Source: Myxococcota bacterium (GTDB lineage Bacteria > Myxococcota_A > UBA9160 > SZUA-336). Taken from it: 64,000 bases of DNA. The notes beneath the pieces were generated by a model. It was given only the letters and a program-made list of their open reading frames with translations, searched no databases and was not told the origin of the DNA. A program made the position numbers and the translations under genes. Positions 35,003 through 44,364 of the stretch are shown here, one piece after another; position 1 is the first letter of the stretch; each line of letters opens with the position of its first letter. The stretch is taken from the NCBI GenBank assembly GCA_965247115.1, contig CBDFGR010000003.1, positions 1,888,001 through 1,952,000 on the forward strand, given 5' to 3'.

Positions 35003-35844
35003 CCGAAGATCGCCTTCTCGGTCTGATAGGCCTCGCGGAACTGGGTCACGAAGCTGTCGAGATCCATCTCCTTGATGCCGAGGAAGTCCGCTCCGAAGCA
35101 CTCCAGGGGCTCGAGCTCCGGGCTGGGCTTCCGACGGCCGTAGCCCTCACGGATGCAGATCCGGTCCGCCACCTGAAGGACGGCAGCCAGAGTCTTTGCG
35201 CCCCCGCTGTCGTCGATCGCTTCGGGGTTGTGGTGCGCACCCACGGCGGAGGCGAGCCGCGAGGGCAGGCTCCACTTGTGCATCACGAGTTCGCCCACTT
35301 CGCAGTGGTCGAAGCCGAACACCTTGTGCTCGACGTCGATCGGATCGGGGTTGTCCGCGTAGACCTCGCGCATCACCTCCTGATAGCGAGGCTCGTCCTG
35401 GGAGTGCATGACGAGTTTCCCCACGTCGTGCACCAGACCTCCGATGAAGAGCTCGTCTGAGGCGAGGCCGCCGACCTCGCGGGCCAGCATGTTCGTGGCA
35501 ACGGCCGCGGCGACTGCGTGCTCCCACAGTAGGCGCTCCGCGAGTCCGAAGCGTGCGAACACGTCCTTCATGGACGCAGCGATGACGACGCTCCGGAGTG
35601 TGGAATAGCCGAGCAGCAGGATCGACTGCTGAAGCGTCTCGATCTTTCGGGGCATCGAGTAGAACGAGGAGTTCGCAATCCTCAAGACCCGGACCGCGAG
35701 CGAGGCGTCGCTCGAGATCAGCTGGGCGATGCTCGACAGATCCGTATCCGGATCTTCCGCCTTTCGCATGACCTCGGCGGCAATCGGGGGCATTACCGGC
35801 AGCTCTCTGGCTTCCTGTATGAAATCCTCGGCAGTCTGGGACAT
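34999..35844 (-). CDS. Stand-alone HDOD domain protein
   Basis: LPVMP, DASLAVRVLRIANSSFY, LWEHAVA, GLVHDVGKL, FGFDHCEVG, WSLP, HHNP. Confidence 0.95.
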   Translation of the reverse strand: MSQTAEDFIQEARELPVMPPIAAEVMRKAEDPDTDLSSIAQLISSDASLAVRVLRIANSSFYSMPRKIETLQQSILLLGYSTLRSVVIAASMKDVFARFGLAERLLWEHAVAAAVATNMLAREVGGLASDELFIGGLVHDVGKLVMHSQDEPRYQEVMREVYADNPDPIDVEHKVFGFDHCEVGELVMHKWSLPSRLASAVGAHHNPEAIDDSGGAKTLAAVLQVADRICIREGYGRRKPSPELEPLECFGADFLGIKEMDLDSFVTQFREAYQTEKAIFG

Positions 35845-35856
35845 TTCGTCCAGCTC

Positions 35857-37077
35857 CTATCCGTGAAGGACCTTGCGCAGAACCCCGGGAATGTCCAGGG
35901 ACTCGAGGTGGTCGGGCACGGCCTGGCCGTTTGTGACGCACGCGATCGGGCGTCCACCTCGAACGACGCAGTTGTAGAGCTCGCCATAGATGCGCGTCTC
36001 ATCCAGCTTCGTCATGATCAATCGCGACCACGGAAGATCGTTGCAGGCCTCCAGGACCTCGGCGGAGTCCGCGGCTCGAGTTGTGGCAGACATGACCAGC
36101 ATGACTTCCGTATCGCCGGCGGCCTCGATCTGGGCACCCAGATGACGCAGCGATGAAAAGTCTCTGTGTCTGCAACCGGTCGTGTCTACGAAGATGCATT
36201 CCTTGTCTTCGTGGTTCGCGATCGTTCGCGACAGATCGTCGGGGCTGATGGCGATCTCGACCGGGATGGAAAGGATCTCGCCGAAGCGGGCCATCTGCTC
36301 CACCGCCGCGACCCGGTGTACGTCGGTCGTGATGACAAGCACCTGGCCGGGCGACGAGCGCGCCGCGCGGGCCGCCAGCTTTGCGATCGTCGTGGTCTTG
36401 CCCACGCCGGTAGGCCCAATGAAGAGCTGCACACGGCTCGGCCCGGAACCCCGCGCCGCCCGCGAGAGATCCGCCCGCATCTCCGCTGCGAGGTTCAGCT
36501 TGAGCCGGTCCAGATCGCCGATCGCTCCCGCTTCGACCCGAGCCACGACCCGCTGTACGAGGCTGCGCGCGAGGGGCTCGTCGATGCCGCGGCCGATCAG
36601 AAAGTAGAAGAGGCGCTGCGCCGCCGCGCCCTTGGGGTCCGGGCCGATGCCCCCCGATGTGACCAGCGAGGCCAACATGGTCCGGATTTGCGCGAGGTCG
36701 GAGTGCAGGTCGACGGGAGAGTTCCCGGAGCGTTCGTCGAGGGTGCTCACCGTCTCGCGGATCGCGCGGATCTCGTCTAGCACGGGATCGACGGCCTGCT
36801 TGACCGCCCAGATGTCGTGGTAGACGCCGGAGCCGCGCGGCCGTAGTGGCGGGGCGGGGCTGGGGGCGCGCGTACCCGTGATGTCGGGCGGTGCATCCTG
36901 GCTTGTGCTCTCGACTGCGGCCGTCACCTCGAGAACCTTGCGACCGAGCAGGCCGAAGACTCCCCGGTCCCTGCGCACGGATCGACTGGACACGATCACC
37001 GCGTTCGGGCCGAGCTCTTCCTTGACACGTTGCAGTGCCTGCTTCATGTCGACGGCTTCGAAGGTCTTCACCTGCAT
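35857..37077 (-). CDS. flhF: Flagellar SRP-family GTPase FlhF
   Basis: MQVKTFEA..ELGPNAVI, GPTGVGKTTTIAKLA, DTTG, TKLDE, GQAVP. Confidence 0.96.
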   Translation of the reverse strand: MQVKTFEAVDMKQALQRVKEELGPNAVIVSSRSVRRDRGVFGLLGRKVLEVTAAVESTSQDAPPDITGTRAPSPAPPLRPRGSGVYHDIWAVKQAVDPVLDEIRAIRETVSTLDERSGNSPVDLHSDLAQIRTMLASLVTSGGIGPDPKGAAAQRLFYFLIGRGIDEPLARSLVQRVVARVEAGAIGDLDRLKLNLAAEMRADLSRAARGSGPSRVQLFIGPTGVGKTTTIAKLAARAARSSPGQVLVITTDVHRVAAVEQMARFGEILSIPVEIAISPDDLSRTIANHEDKECIFVDTTGCRHRDFSSLRHLGAQIEAAGDTEVMLVMSATTRAADSAEVLEACNDLPWSRLIMTKLDETRIYGELYNCVVRGGRPIACVTNGQAVPDHLESLDIPGVLRKVLHG

Positions 37078-37087
37078 TGGGTGTCCG

Positions 37088-39157
37088 TTACTCCGCGCCG
37101 ATGGTGCCAACTGACTCCACGTGTACATCGGGAGACAGCTCGTTCGCAGAGATCACTGCGGAGCGCGGTAGGAAGCGCTCCGTCATCCTCCGAAGATGAG
37201 GCCGAACATCTGGAGCGCACAGCATGGGTGGGTCCGGATGCATCACGTTCACCTTATCGACCGCAGTACGGACCGCCCCCACGATCTTCGCGATTGCCGC
37301 CGCGTCGAGCGTGACGAGAGTACCGTGCTCGGTACGCTGGATCGACCCTGAGATCATCTGCTCCAAGTCCGTTGAGAGCACTAACAGACCCACCTTGCCA
37401 TCCGGTGCCAGCTGCGCCGATATCTGTGCAGCCAGACGCTCTCGCACGAGTTCGGTCAAAAGCTCAGGGTCTTTAGTCTTTGCTGCATAGTCACCCAACG
37501 CCTCCAGGATCGTCGGTAAGTCGCGCACAGGCACCGACTCCTTGAGCAGGTTCTGCAGCACCTTCTGCACGACGCCGAGCGGCAGCAGATCCGGTACTAC
37601 CTCGCTCACTAGCTTCGGCATGGTCTGCGCGACGGCATCGAGCATTTCCTGTACCTGCTGGCGTCCTAGCAGGTCACACGCGTGACGTCGGATCAGCTCC
37701 GTCAGGTGCGTCACGATGATCGAAGGCGGATCGACGACGGTGTAACCGGAGACCTGCGCGTGGTCCCTTGCATCCTGCTTGATCCAGAACGCCGGAAGAC
37801 CGAAGGTCGGGTCTGTCGTTTCGATGCCGTCCAGCTTCGGCCCACCGCCTGGCGGTCCAATCGCAAGCAAGTGGTCGGAGTAGATGGTACCGCGTCCCAT
37901 GCGTACGCCCCGGACCAGGAGGTTGTACTCCTCCGAGCCGAGCTGGATGTTGTCGCGGATGCGGACGAGAGGGACGGGGAAGCCCATGTTCGTCGTGAAT
38001 TCCCGTCGGAGAGTGCGTATGCGGTCCAGCAGCTCGCCGTTCTTTTTGGGATCTACCAGGTCGATCAGCCCGTAGCCGATGTGCAGCTCGAGCGGGTCGG
38101 GAGGTTGCAGCAAGTCGATCGGGCGCTCGGGGGCGGGCTGGTCGGTCTCCGCCTGCTGCTTCTCGGTCGCCTCCCGCTCCCCGGAGGCACGAGAGAGCTG
38201 GTAGGCACCGATGCCGAGGCCCGCCGAGAGCAGGCCGAAGGAGAGCGTGGGCAGGCCGGGAACGATGGCGAGCATGCCGAGCACCCCGGAGGCAACGGCA
38301 AGCGGGGCCGGACGGTTCCAGAGCTGACTCGCCAAGAGCTCCGTCAGCTCCTCGGTCGATCCGGCCCGGGTCACGATGATACCCGCAGCGACGGAGATGA
38401 GCAGGGAGGGAACGGCGGACACGAGGCCGTCGCCGATGGTCAGGAGCGTGTACGTTGATGCGGCCTCGCCAAGGCCCATGTCGTGCTGCAGCGTCCCGAT
38501 CGCGAGACCACCCAGGATGTTCACGAAGGTGATGAGCAGCCCCGCGATCGCATCGCCCCGGACGAACTTGGCGGCACCGTCCATGGCGCCGTAGAAGTCG
38601 GCCTGCTCCTGGATCTCGCGGCGGCGCTTCACCGCCTCTGCTTCGTTGATGGTTCCGGCGTTGAGATCGGCGTCGATCGCCATCTGCTTGCCGGGCATGG
38701 CGTCGAGGGTGAAGCGCGCGGCTACCTCCGCGATGCGCCCCGTACCCTTGGTGATGACGACGAAGTTGATGATCACGAAGAGAGCGAAGACGACGATCCC
38801 TACCGTGAAGCTGCCTCCGACGACGAATTGACCGAAAGCCTCGATCACGTTGCCGGCTGCGGACACACCCTGATCGCCCTCCAGCAGGATGAGGCGGGTC
38901 GATGCGATGTTCAGGGCGAGTCGGTACAGGGTCGCGAGCAGCAGGATGGTCGGGAAGGAGGAGAGCTCGAGCGGGTTCCTGGCGTAGAGCGCCACCAGGA
39001 GGATCAAGAGCGCGATCGCGAGGTTCACGCTCAGGCCCAGGTCGAGGATGAGCGGAGGAAGGGAAACGAGGAGGATCCCGAGGATCGCGATCACCCCGAT
39101 GCCGAGGCCGAGCTGTCCGCGCAGGCCTGCCTGATGCTCCTCTGTGCTGGCTACCAC
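37088..39157 (-). CDS. flhA: Flagellar export apparatus protein FlhA
   Basis: RIAEVAARFTLDAMPGKQMAIDADL, FYGAMDGAAKFVRGDA. Confidence 0.98.
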   Translation of the reverse strand: MVASTEEHQAGLRGQLGLGIGVIAILGILLVSLPPLILDLGLSVNLAIALLILLVALYARNPLELSSFPTILLLATLYRLALNIASTRLILLEGDQGVSAAGNVIEAFGQFVVGGSFTVGIVVFALFVIINFVVITKGTGRIAEVAARFTLDAMPGKQMAIDADLNAGTINEAEAVKRRREIQEQADFYGAMDGAAKFVRGDAIAGLLITFVNILGGLAIGTLQHDMGLGEAASTYTLLTIGDGLVSAVPSLLISVAAGIIVTRAGSTEELTELLASQLWNRPAPLAVASGVLGMLAIVPGLPTLSFGLLSAGLGIGAYQLSRASGEREATEKQQAETDQPAPERPIDLLQPPDPLELHIGYGLIDLVDPKKNGELLDRIRTLRREFTTNMGFPVPLVRIRDNIQLGSEEYNLLVRGVRMGRGTIYSDHLLAIGPPGGGPKLDGIETTDPTFGLPAFWIKQDARDHAQVSGYTVVDPPSIIVTHLTELIRRHACDLLGRQQVQEMLDAVAQTMPKLVSEVVPDLLPLGVVQKVLQNLLKESVPVRDLPTILEALGDYAAKTKDPELLTELVRERLAAQISAQLAPDGKVGLLVLSTDLEQMISGSIQRTEHGTLVTLDAAAIAKIVGAVRTAVDKVNVMHPDPPMLCAPDVRPHLRRMTERFLPRSAVISANELSPDVHVESVGTIGAE

Positions 39158-40215
39158 GCCAGACCTCTACTCCGGTCGAGGCGATACACGTAGGCGAGGA
39201 CCTCCGCGACGATCTCGTACAGGCGCTCCGGAACCGATTCGCCGACCCGCACCGAGCGGTACAGGGCTCGCGCTAGGAGAGGGTTCTCGACGATCGGGAC
39301 GCCGGCTTCCCGCGCGATGTCGCGGATGCGGAATGCGAGGAAGCCTCCGCCCTTGGCGACGACTCTGGGAGCGAACATCTCCCCGCGCTTGTAGCTGAGC
39401 GCAACGCTGATGTGCTCGGGGTTCGTCACCACGACATCGGCCTTTGGCACGGCATCCATCATGCGTTCGCGCGCGCGTTCGAGCTGAAGGCTCAGCATGT
39501 GGGCGCGCATCATCGGGTCGCCCATCGACTGCCGCATCTCGTCTTTGACCTCGCTCTTGCTCATCTTGAGGCCCTTCTCGTTCTTCCAGAACATGTAGGC
39601 GTAGTCGATGACGGCGACGATGATGAGCGCGAGGGTGCCGACCAGGAGGGCCTTGAGCACGACCCAGAGCTGGAAGCTGATGATCTGGAACAGGGGCAGC
39701 CGCGGCAGGCCGCGGTACTCGTCGATGTTCGTGGAGATCGCGTAGGTAACCGCGACCACGACGATGACGAGCTTGATCAGGGACTTCGGGAGCTCGATCG
39801 GACCGCTTGTCTTTACGATCCGCTTAATGTTCTTGAGCGGACTCAGCTTGTCTGACTTCGGCTTGAGGCGCTCCGTCGAGATGTTTCCCCGCGTCTGGAT
39901 CAGACCGCCGATCAGCGCCGCCACCACGGTGGCCGCGAGGATGGGGATGAGGACGGCGATGCCACCCGAGAACGCGATGCGTAGCAGCTCCATGGCCGCG
40001 GCTGGGTCGAGCTCCACACGGGGTTGCCAGATGATCGGCACGCGCGCCAGCGCCTCGCGCAAGGGCCCCTCACGGAGGAGCATGAGGGTGAGCGTTACGC
40101 CGAGCAGGTTCGCGACGACCATCACCTCTCGGCTGACGGCGATCTGTCCCTTCTTGCGGGCCTGCTGCCTGCGCCGCGGGGTGGGATCTTCGGTGCGCTC
40201 TACGTCCTCCGCCAT
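39151..40215 (-). CDS. flhB: Flagellar export substrate-switch protein FlhB
   Basis: RTEDPTPRR..ARKKGQ, autocleavage-like VVTNPEH, PIVEN..LARALY. Confidence 0.96.
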   Translation of the reverse strand: MAEDVERTEDPTPRRRQQARKKGQIAVSREVMVVANLLGVTLTLMLLREGPLREALARVPIIWQPRVELDPAAAMELLRIAFSGGIAVLIPILAATVVAALIGGLIQTRGNISTERLKPKSDKLSPLKNIKRIVKTSGPIELPKSLIKLVIVVVAVTYAISTNIDEYRGLPRLPLFQIISFQLWVVLKALLVGTLALIIVAVIDYAYMFWKNEKGLKMSKSEVKDEMRQSMGDPMMRAHMLSLQLERARERMMDAVPKADVVVTNPEHISVALSYKRGEMFAPRVVAKGGGFLAFRIRDIAREAGVPIVENPLLARALYRSVRVGESVPERLYEIVAEVLAYVYRLDRSRGLAW

Positions 40216-40218
40216 CTG

Positions 40219-40959
40219 CTAGCCCCCGACGAGCCTCGCGATGTCGAGCTCGAGCGTGCTGAAGGCGCCCATGAAGTACGAGGCGGCCTCCGGAATCGTG
40301 AGCAGAACGGCGAAGTAGCCGGCCATGGCACTGAGCGGGAAGCCGATGTTGAAGATCGACATCTGGGGGATCACGCGGTTGATCAAGCCGAGGACCACGT
40401 TGATCAGGAGCATGATCCCCGTCACTGGTCCCGCGATGCGCGCCCCGGCCTCCCACATTGTGCCCCCGGACGCGAACATCAGCTGCGTCAGCTGATCGGT
40501 CTGCAGTAGCGCTCCCACGGGAAAGGTCTCGAAGCTTGTCGCCAGGCCCCGGATCAGCATGTGATGGCCGTCGAGCAAGAGGAAAATCAAGCCGACCATG
40601 TTCACGTAGAGGGTGCCGAGCACTCCGGTCTGTCGGTTCGACTCCGGGTCGAGAACGTTGGCCATGGCCAGGCCCATCTGGTAGCCCATCATGGTTCCCG
40701 CGATCTGAAAGCTGGCGAAGATAAAACGCGCCAGCAGGCCGATCGCAAAGCCCACGGCCAGCTCGCCCACCATCGCCACCATCACCGCGAAGCCATCTTC
40801 GGGAAGCTGCTCTGGCATCGCCGCGGGCATGAGAAGGGGCGAGAGCATGGCGGCGAGCAGCATGCGAAAACGAAACGGGATGCCGCGCCGCATGAAGATG
40901 GGTGCGCCGAGGAAGAGCCCGAAGAGGCGAGTGAGCACGAGCGCGAAGAGAACGATCAC
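40219..40959 (-). CDS. fliR: Flagellar export protein FliR (starts immediately next to the IS)
   Basis: YQMGLAMANVLDP, LDGHHMLI, GLINRVIPQMSIFNIGFP. GTG preceded by AGGAG. Confidence 0.93.
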   Translation of the reverse strand: MIVLFALVLTRLFGLFLGAPIFMRRGIPFRFRMLLAAMLSPLLMPAAMPEQLPEDGFAVMVAMVGELAVGFAIGLLARFIFASFQIAGTMMGYQMGLAMANVLDPESNRQTGVLGTLYVNMVGLIFLLLDGHHMLIRGLATSFETFPVGALLQTDQLTQLMFASGGTMWEAGARIAGPVTGIMLLINVVLGLINRVIPQMSIFNIGFPLSAMAGYFAVLLTIPEAASYFMGAFSTLELDIARLVGG

Positions 40960-40972
40960 TCCGCGCTCCTAG

Positions 40973-42247
40973 CAGGCTGCGGAGAAAGTGACTGGTTGAG
41001 GGGTGGTCCTTCCGACGAGGGGGTTCACCGGCCGAGGGGCGGGGCGCGATTCCCGGTTCGAACCGGTCTTGGGCTCCGCTGATCGCGGGGCGGTTTCGCA
41101 CATGACCTACGTGGCCTCCAGCAGCTTGCGGATCCGGATCAGGTTGTAGGCTGCGGCCGTGAAGGTGAAGACCCAGCCGACCCGATCCGTGCCGCGGTGT
41201 CGGGTCTTGCGCATCAGCCCCACGGTCTTCATCCAGCCGAAGACCTCTTCCACCCGTTTGCGAAAACGCTGACTCAGTTCGTAGCCCCGGTGGCGCGTCG
41301 TCCGCCCGTCGATCGCGCTGCGTCGATTCGTCGTGTTCTGCGCCACGTGTGGGGTCACGCCCAACTCTCGAAGCTCTTCCACGAACCCCTTCGTGTCGAA
41401 GCCCTTGTCTCCGCCCAATGTCCTCCGACGCCCGCCTCCCAGACCTTCCACCATCTCGAGCGCCGCTTCGCGCTCCGCATATCCCGACGCCTGCGTGAGC
41501 TTCGCCGCGACCACCAAGCCGTTCCGGTTCTCCGTCACCACGTGTCCCTGGTACGCGAGTCGGGCGCCTTGGCCTCTCATACCGGCGAGTCGTGCGTCGG
41601 GATCCGTCGTCGACGCATGCGTCTGGTTGCTCCGCTTCTCGCCTCGGAAGTTCACCGTCGGGTTGCCCGGGTCATCGTCGTCTCTCCGTTCCTCGTCCTT
41701 CCGTACGAAGCTCTTCTGGCTCGCCCACGCCTCGATCAGCGTCCCGTCTACCGTGAAGTGCTCCAACGACACCCATCCCTCGGTCTCGGCCTGCTCCAGC
41801 ACTGCGTCGAAGAAGTGCTCGGCAATCTCGCCCTTGAGCAGCCGGTCTCGGTTCTTCGTGAACACCGTGGCGCTGAACACCACCTCGTCAAGCTCCAGAC
41901 CCACGAACCAGCGATACAGCAGGTTGTACTCCAGCTGCTCCACCAGCTGCCGCTCGCTCCGGATGGTGTAGAGCACCTGCAGCAGCAGGGCGCGCAGCAG
42001 CTGCTCCGGGGGCACGGACGGGCGCCCTACGCCTCTGGCGTAGATCGCGTCGAAGCGCGGCGATAGCCGCTGCAGCGCCGTGTCGACCATGCGCCGCATC
42101 GCTCGAAGCGGATGATCATCCGGAATCCGCGACTCCAGCGACACGTAGCTGAACATCCCGCCCTGAAGCGTCCCCTGTCCTCTCACGCCTCCCCCTTTGG
42201 GGCTCGCTCCCAAGGTACCCTTCGATGAGGAGTTTTTCAGCAGCCTG
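40973..42247 (-). mobile_element. IS5-family insertion sequence, 1275 bp, flanked by CTAG on both sides
   Basis: Imperfect TIRs CAGGCTGCGGAGAAAGT and CAGGCTGCTGAAAAACT. CTAG at 40969-40972 and 42248-42251. Confidence 0.93.
41107..42186 (-). CDS. IS5-family DDE transposase
   Basis: MFSYVSLESRIPDDHPLR, GRPSVPPEQLLRALLL, VDGTLIEAWAS, GDKGFD, RKRVEEVFGW. Reading frame intact. Confidence 0.96.
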   Translation of the reverse strand: MRGQGTLQGGMFSYVSLESRIPDDHPLRAMRRMVDTALQRLSPRFDAIYARGVGRPSVPPEQLLRALLLQVLYTIRSERQLVEQLEYNLLYRWFVGLELDEVVFSATVFTKNRDRLLKGEIAEHFFDAVLEQAETEGWVSLEHFTVDGTLIEAWASQKSFVRKDEERRDDDDPGNPTVNFRGEKRSNQTHASTTDPDARLAGMRGQGARLAYQGHVVTENRNGLVVAAKLTQASGYAEREAALEMVEGLGGGRRRTLGGDKGFDTKGFVEELRELGVTPHVAQNTTNRRSAIDGRTTRHRGYELSQRFRKRVEEVFGWMKTVGLMRKTRHRGTDRVGWVFTFTAAAYNLIRIRKLLEAT

Positions 42248-42830
42248 CTAGGCCGGTCTGAACAAAGAAGTGGTCGGCATCGCGAATCACGCCGACGCGT
42301 GCGTCGGGCAGCGGCGAGAACAGCTCGGAGAGCTCGTCCGCCGGAGCGAACTCGTCCTGACTGCCCACGACGATGTGCACGGGCTTCCGTAGACGCTCGA
42401 GGTCGAGCGCCTTTATCAGCTCGACCGGCGGGGCCACGAGCACGAGCTTTGTCACGCGATCGTCATGGAGCCCAAGCCGCAGTGCCGCGGCCGCCCCGAA
42501 CGAGTATCCGGCAGCGGTGACCGGAGCGCCCGAGTTCTCGATCACGAGCTCGAGTGCTGCCCGGTAGTCGCGCTCGGCAGCGCCGAGATCTCCCGTCGTC
42601 CTGCCCTGGCTTGCGCCGACCCCGCGCCAGTTGAAGCGCAGCGAGGCGGACCCCTGCCGGTACAACGCGTGCGCGATCTCGTTCACGACGGGATTGTCGA
42701 AGCTGCCCCCATACAGCGGATGGGGCGGTGCGACGACGGCAGCCGGAGGGTCGCCGCTCTGCCACACTCCCTCGAGCACCAGCCCCTCGTCTTCGACCGG
42801 GACGGTGACCATGAGCTCTCTCCAGGCCAC
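42237..42830 (-). CDS. Alpha/beta hydrolase, C-terminus truncated by the IS
   Basis: PHPLYGGSFDN, RFNWRGVGAS, GYSFG, GSQDE, ADHFF. The last codons AGC* come from the IS end. Confidence 0.9.
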   Translation of the reverse strand: MAWRELMVTVPVEDEGLVLEGVWQSGDPPAAVVAPPHPLYGGSFDNPVVNEIAHALYRQGSASLRFNWRGVGASQGRTTGDLGAAERDYRAALELVIENSGAPVTAAGYSFGAAAALRLGLHDDRVTKLVLVAPPVELIKALDLERLRKPVHIVVGSQDEFAPADELSELFSPLPDARVGVIRDADHFFVQTGLAGC

Positions 42831-42834
42831 GCGC

Positions 42835-44328
42835 TCATCGTACCAGAGTGCCGGCGAGGCAGGTCTCGATCAGCAGGTCGATGTCGAGCGCTCCCAGGCC
42901 GAGCTGCGAGGCGATCTCTTCCACGCTGTAGGTCGCACCGGTGTTCCAGAGCTCCTTCAGCAGATCCCCTGCTGCCCGCTCGCGCCAGAAGCGCCGACCG
43001 AAGCGTTCCCGCAGCAGCTCGGAGAGCTGCGCTTCGAGACACCAGCCACGCAGGCAATCTACACTCGAAAGGGTCGGGGCGGCAGCGAGCAGGTAGCCCT
43101 CCGCGCCCCAGCGGCAGCCCGTGGCCTCGCTCAGCTCCTCCGCGTAGACAGCGTCTAGCCCCGTCGGGTCGGCGGCGGCCTCCAGGGCCGAGAGCTCGAG
43201 CTCGAAACGGACCCGTGCCGCACAGCGCCGCAGCTCCGAGCAGCGGCGAAGCCAGCTGGCAGGACGGTAGCTCTCTGCGCGGGCAGCGGGTGGGCCGGTC
43301 TCGATCCAGACGGGATCGGCCAACCTCGCGCTGAGGAGCGCTCCCCAGGCTTCTTCCAGCGCGAGGTCGGAGCTGCGGCGACGCACCACCGGGAGTGAGG
43401 GCGAGGTGTACAGGAACTGGAGCGCGCGGCCTGTCTCGTGCAGAAGGCCGGCGTGGGCAGGCACGCCCGATCGCGGCCAACCGACCAGGACGACCTCCTC
43501 GGGGACGCGCGGCGCCAGACAGAACGGTGCAGCCTGCTTGCCCGCCCGCTCCACCAGGTCGATCGCCAGACCCGGCAGCCGATCGAGGGGAACTCCCATG
43601 CCCTCGAGGGTGAAGGCCAGCACGGCTCCCGACTTGTCGGCCGGGAACAGCTTGTCGTGGTCGGCGAGCCGCTCGACCCTGAGCACGTCGCCGAGATGCG
43701 CCGCTGCCGGAGCGACGCCGACTGCAGCGAACGCCTCGCGCAACGCATCCGCGTGGACCGACGCCGTCTCGTCGAGCAAGCGGGTTGCCGCGGTCCCCCA
43801 CAGCTCGTAGTCAACACCCGGGCGCCGGGCCTCGGCCCAGGCACGCCGGGTCGCATACCCCAGCCTGGCCAGCTGCTCCCCTCGCGCGGTGAAGAGCTCC
43901 TCGCGCAGCGGGTTGAGCTCGGCCCACGCCCTGTCGAGCCCGAGCTGGAGCTCCGTTCTCTTCGAAGCCTGCGATTCCTCCGCCAGCTGTGCGGCCCAGA
44001 CTCGAGCCTCCGCGTCCCGCTCGCCCACGCGAAAACGCTGCGAGCGCTCACGTTCCCACAGCTGCAGCTCGGGGTGGAGCACGCCGCTGGCGCCTACGGC
44101 GTCCTGCACCGCGTGGAGCAGGCGCAAGAGCTCCTGGCGTGGCGCCTCCAGGTGCTCCGCCTCGTGCTCCCGGGCCAGATCGTCGAGGCAGTCTCCGGAG
44201 GTCACGTCGGCAAAGGTGTCGTAGACCTGGTGGAGCTTCGGCAGCGGTTGGCGTCCGGAGCGAAACAAAAGCAGCTCTCGCTCGCGGGCTTCGAGGTACG
44301 CCTCGTAGCGGTCTCGGACGTCTGCCAT
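42835..44328 (-). CDS. M3/M32 zincin-like protein with degenerate metal motif
   Basis: AIDLVERAGK..PFC, LHETGRAL (HExxH with the second His replaced by Arg), downstream EEAW. Confidence 0.65.
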   Translation of the reverse strand: MADVRDRYEAYLEARERELLLFRSGRQPLPKLHQVYDTFADVTSGDCLDDLAREHEAEHLEAPRQELLRLLHAVQDAVGASGVLHPELQLWERERSQRFRVGERDAEARVWAAQLAEESQASKRTELQLGLDRAWAELNPLREELFTARGEQLARLGYATRRAWAEARRPGVDYELWGTAATRLLDETASVHADALREAFAAVGVAPAAAHLGDVLRVERLADHDKLFPADKSGAVLAFTLEGMGVPLDRLPGLAIDLVERAGKQAAPFCLAPRVPEEVVLVGWPRSGVPAHAGLLHETGRALQFLYTSPSLPVVRRRSSDLALEEAWGALLSARLADPVWIETGPPAARAESYRPASWLRRCSELRRCAARVRFELELSALEAAADPTGLDAVYAEELSEATGCRWGAEGYLLAAAPTLSSVDCLRGWCLEAQLSELLRERFGRRFWRERAAGDLLKELWNTGATYSVEEIASQLGLGALDIDLLIETCLAGTLVR

Positions 44329-44364
44329 GCAGCGCGAGATTCTAGGCTACTCTGGGCGCGCGGC

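Noticed and set aside
39420..39432. FlhB NPEH instead of NPTH as a sign of inactivation
   Set aside because: The catalytic Asn-Pro is retained and NPEH variants are known to occur.
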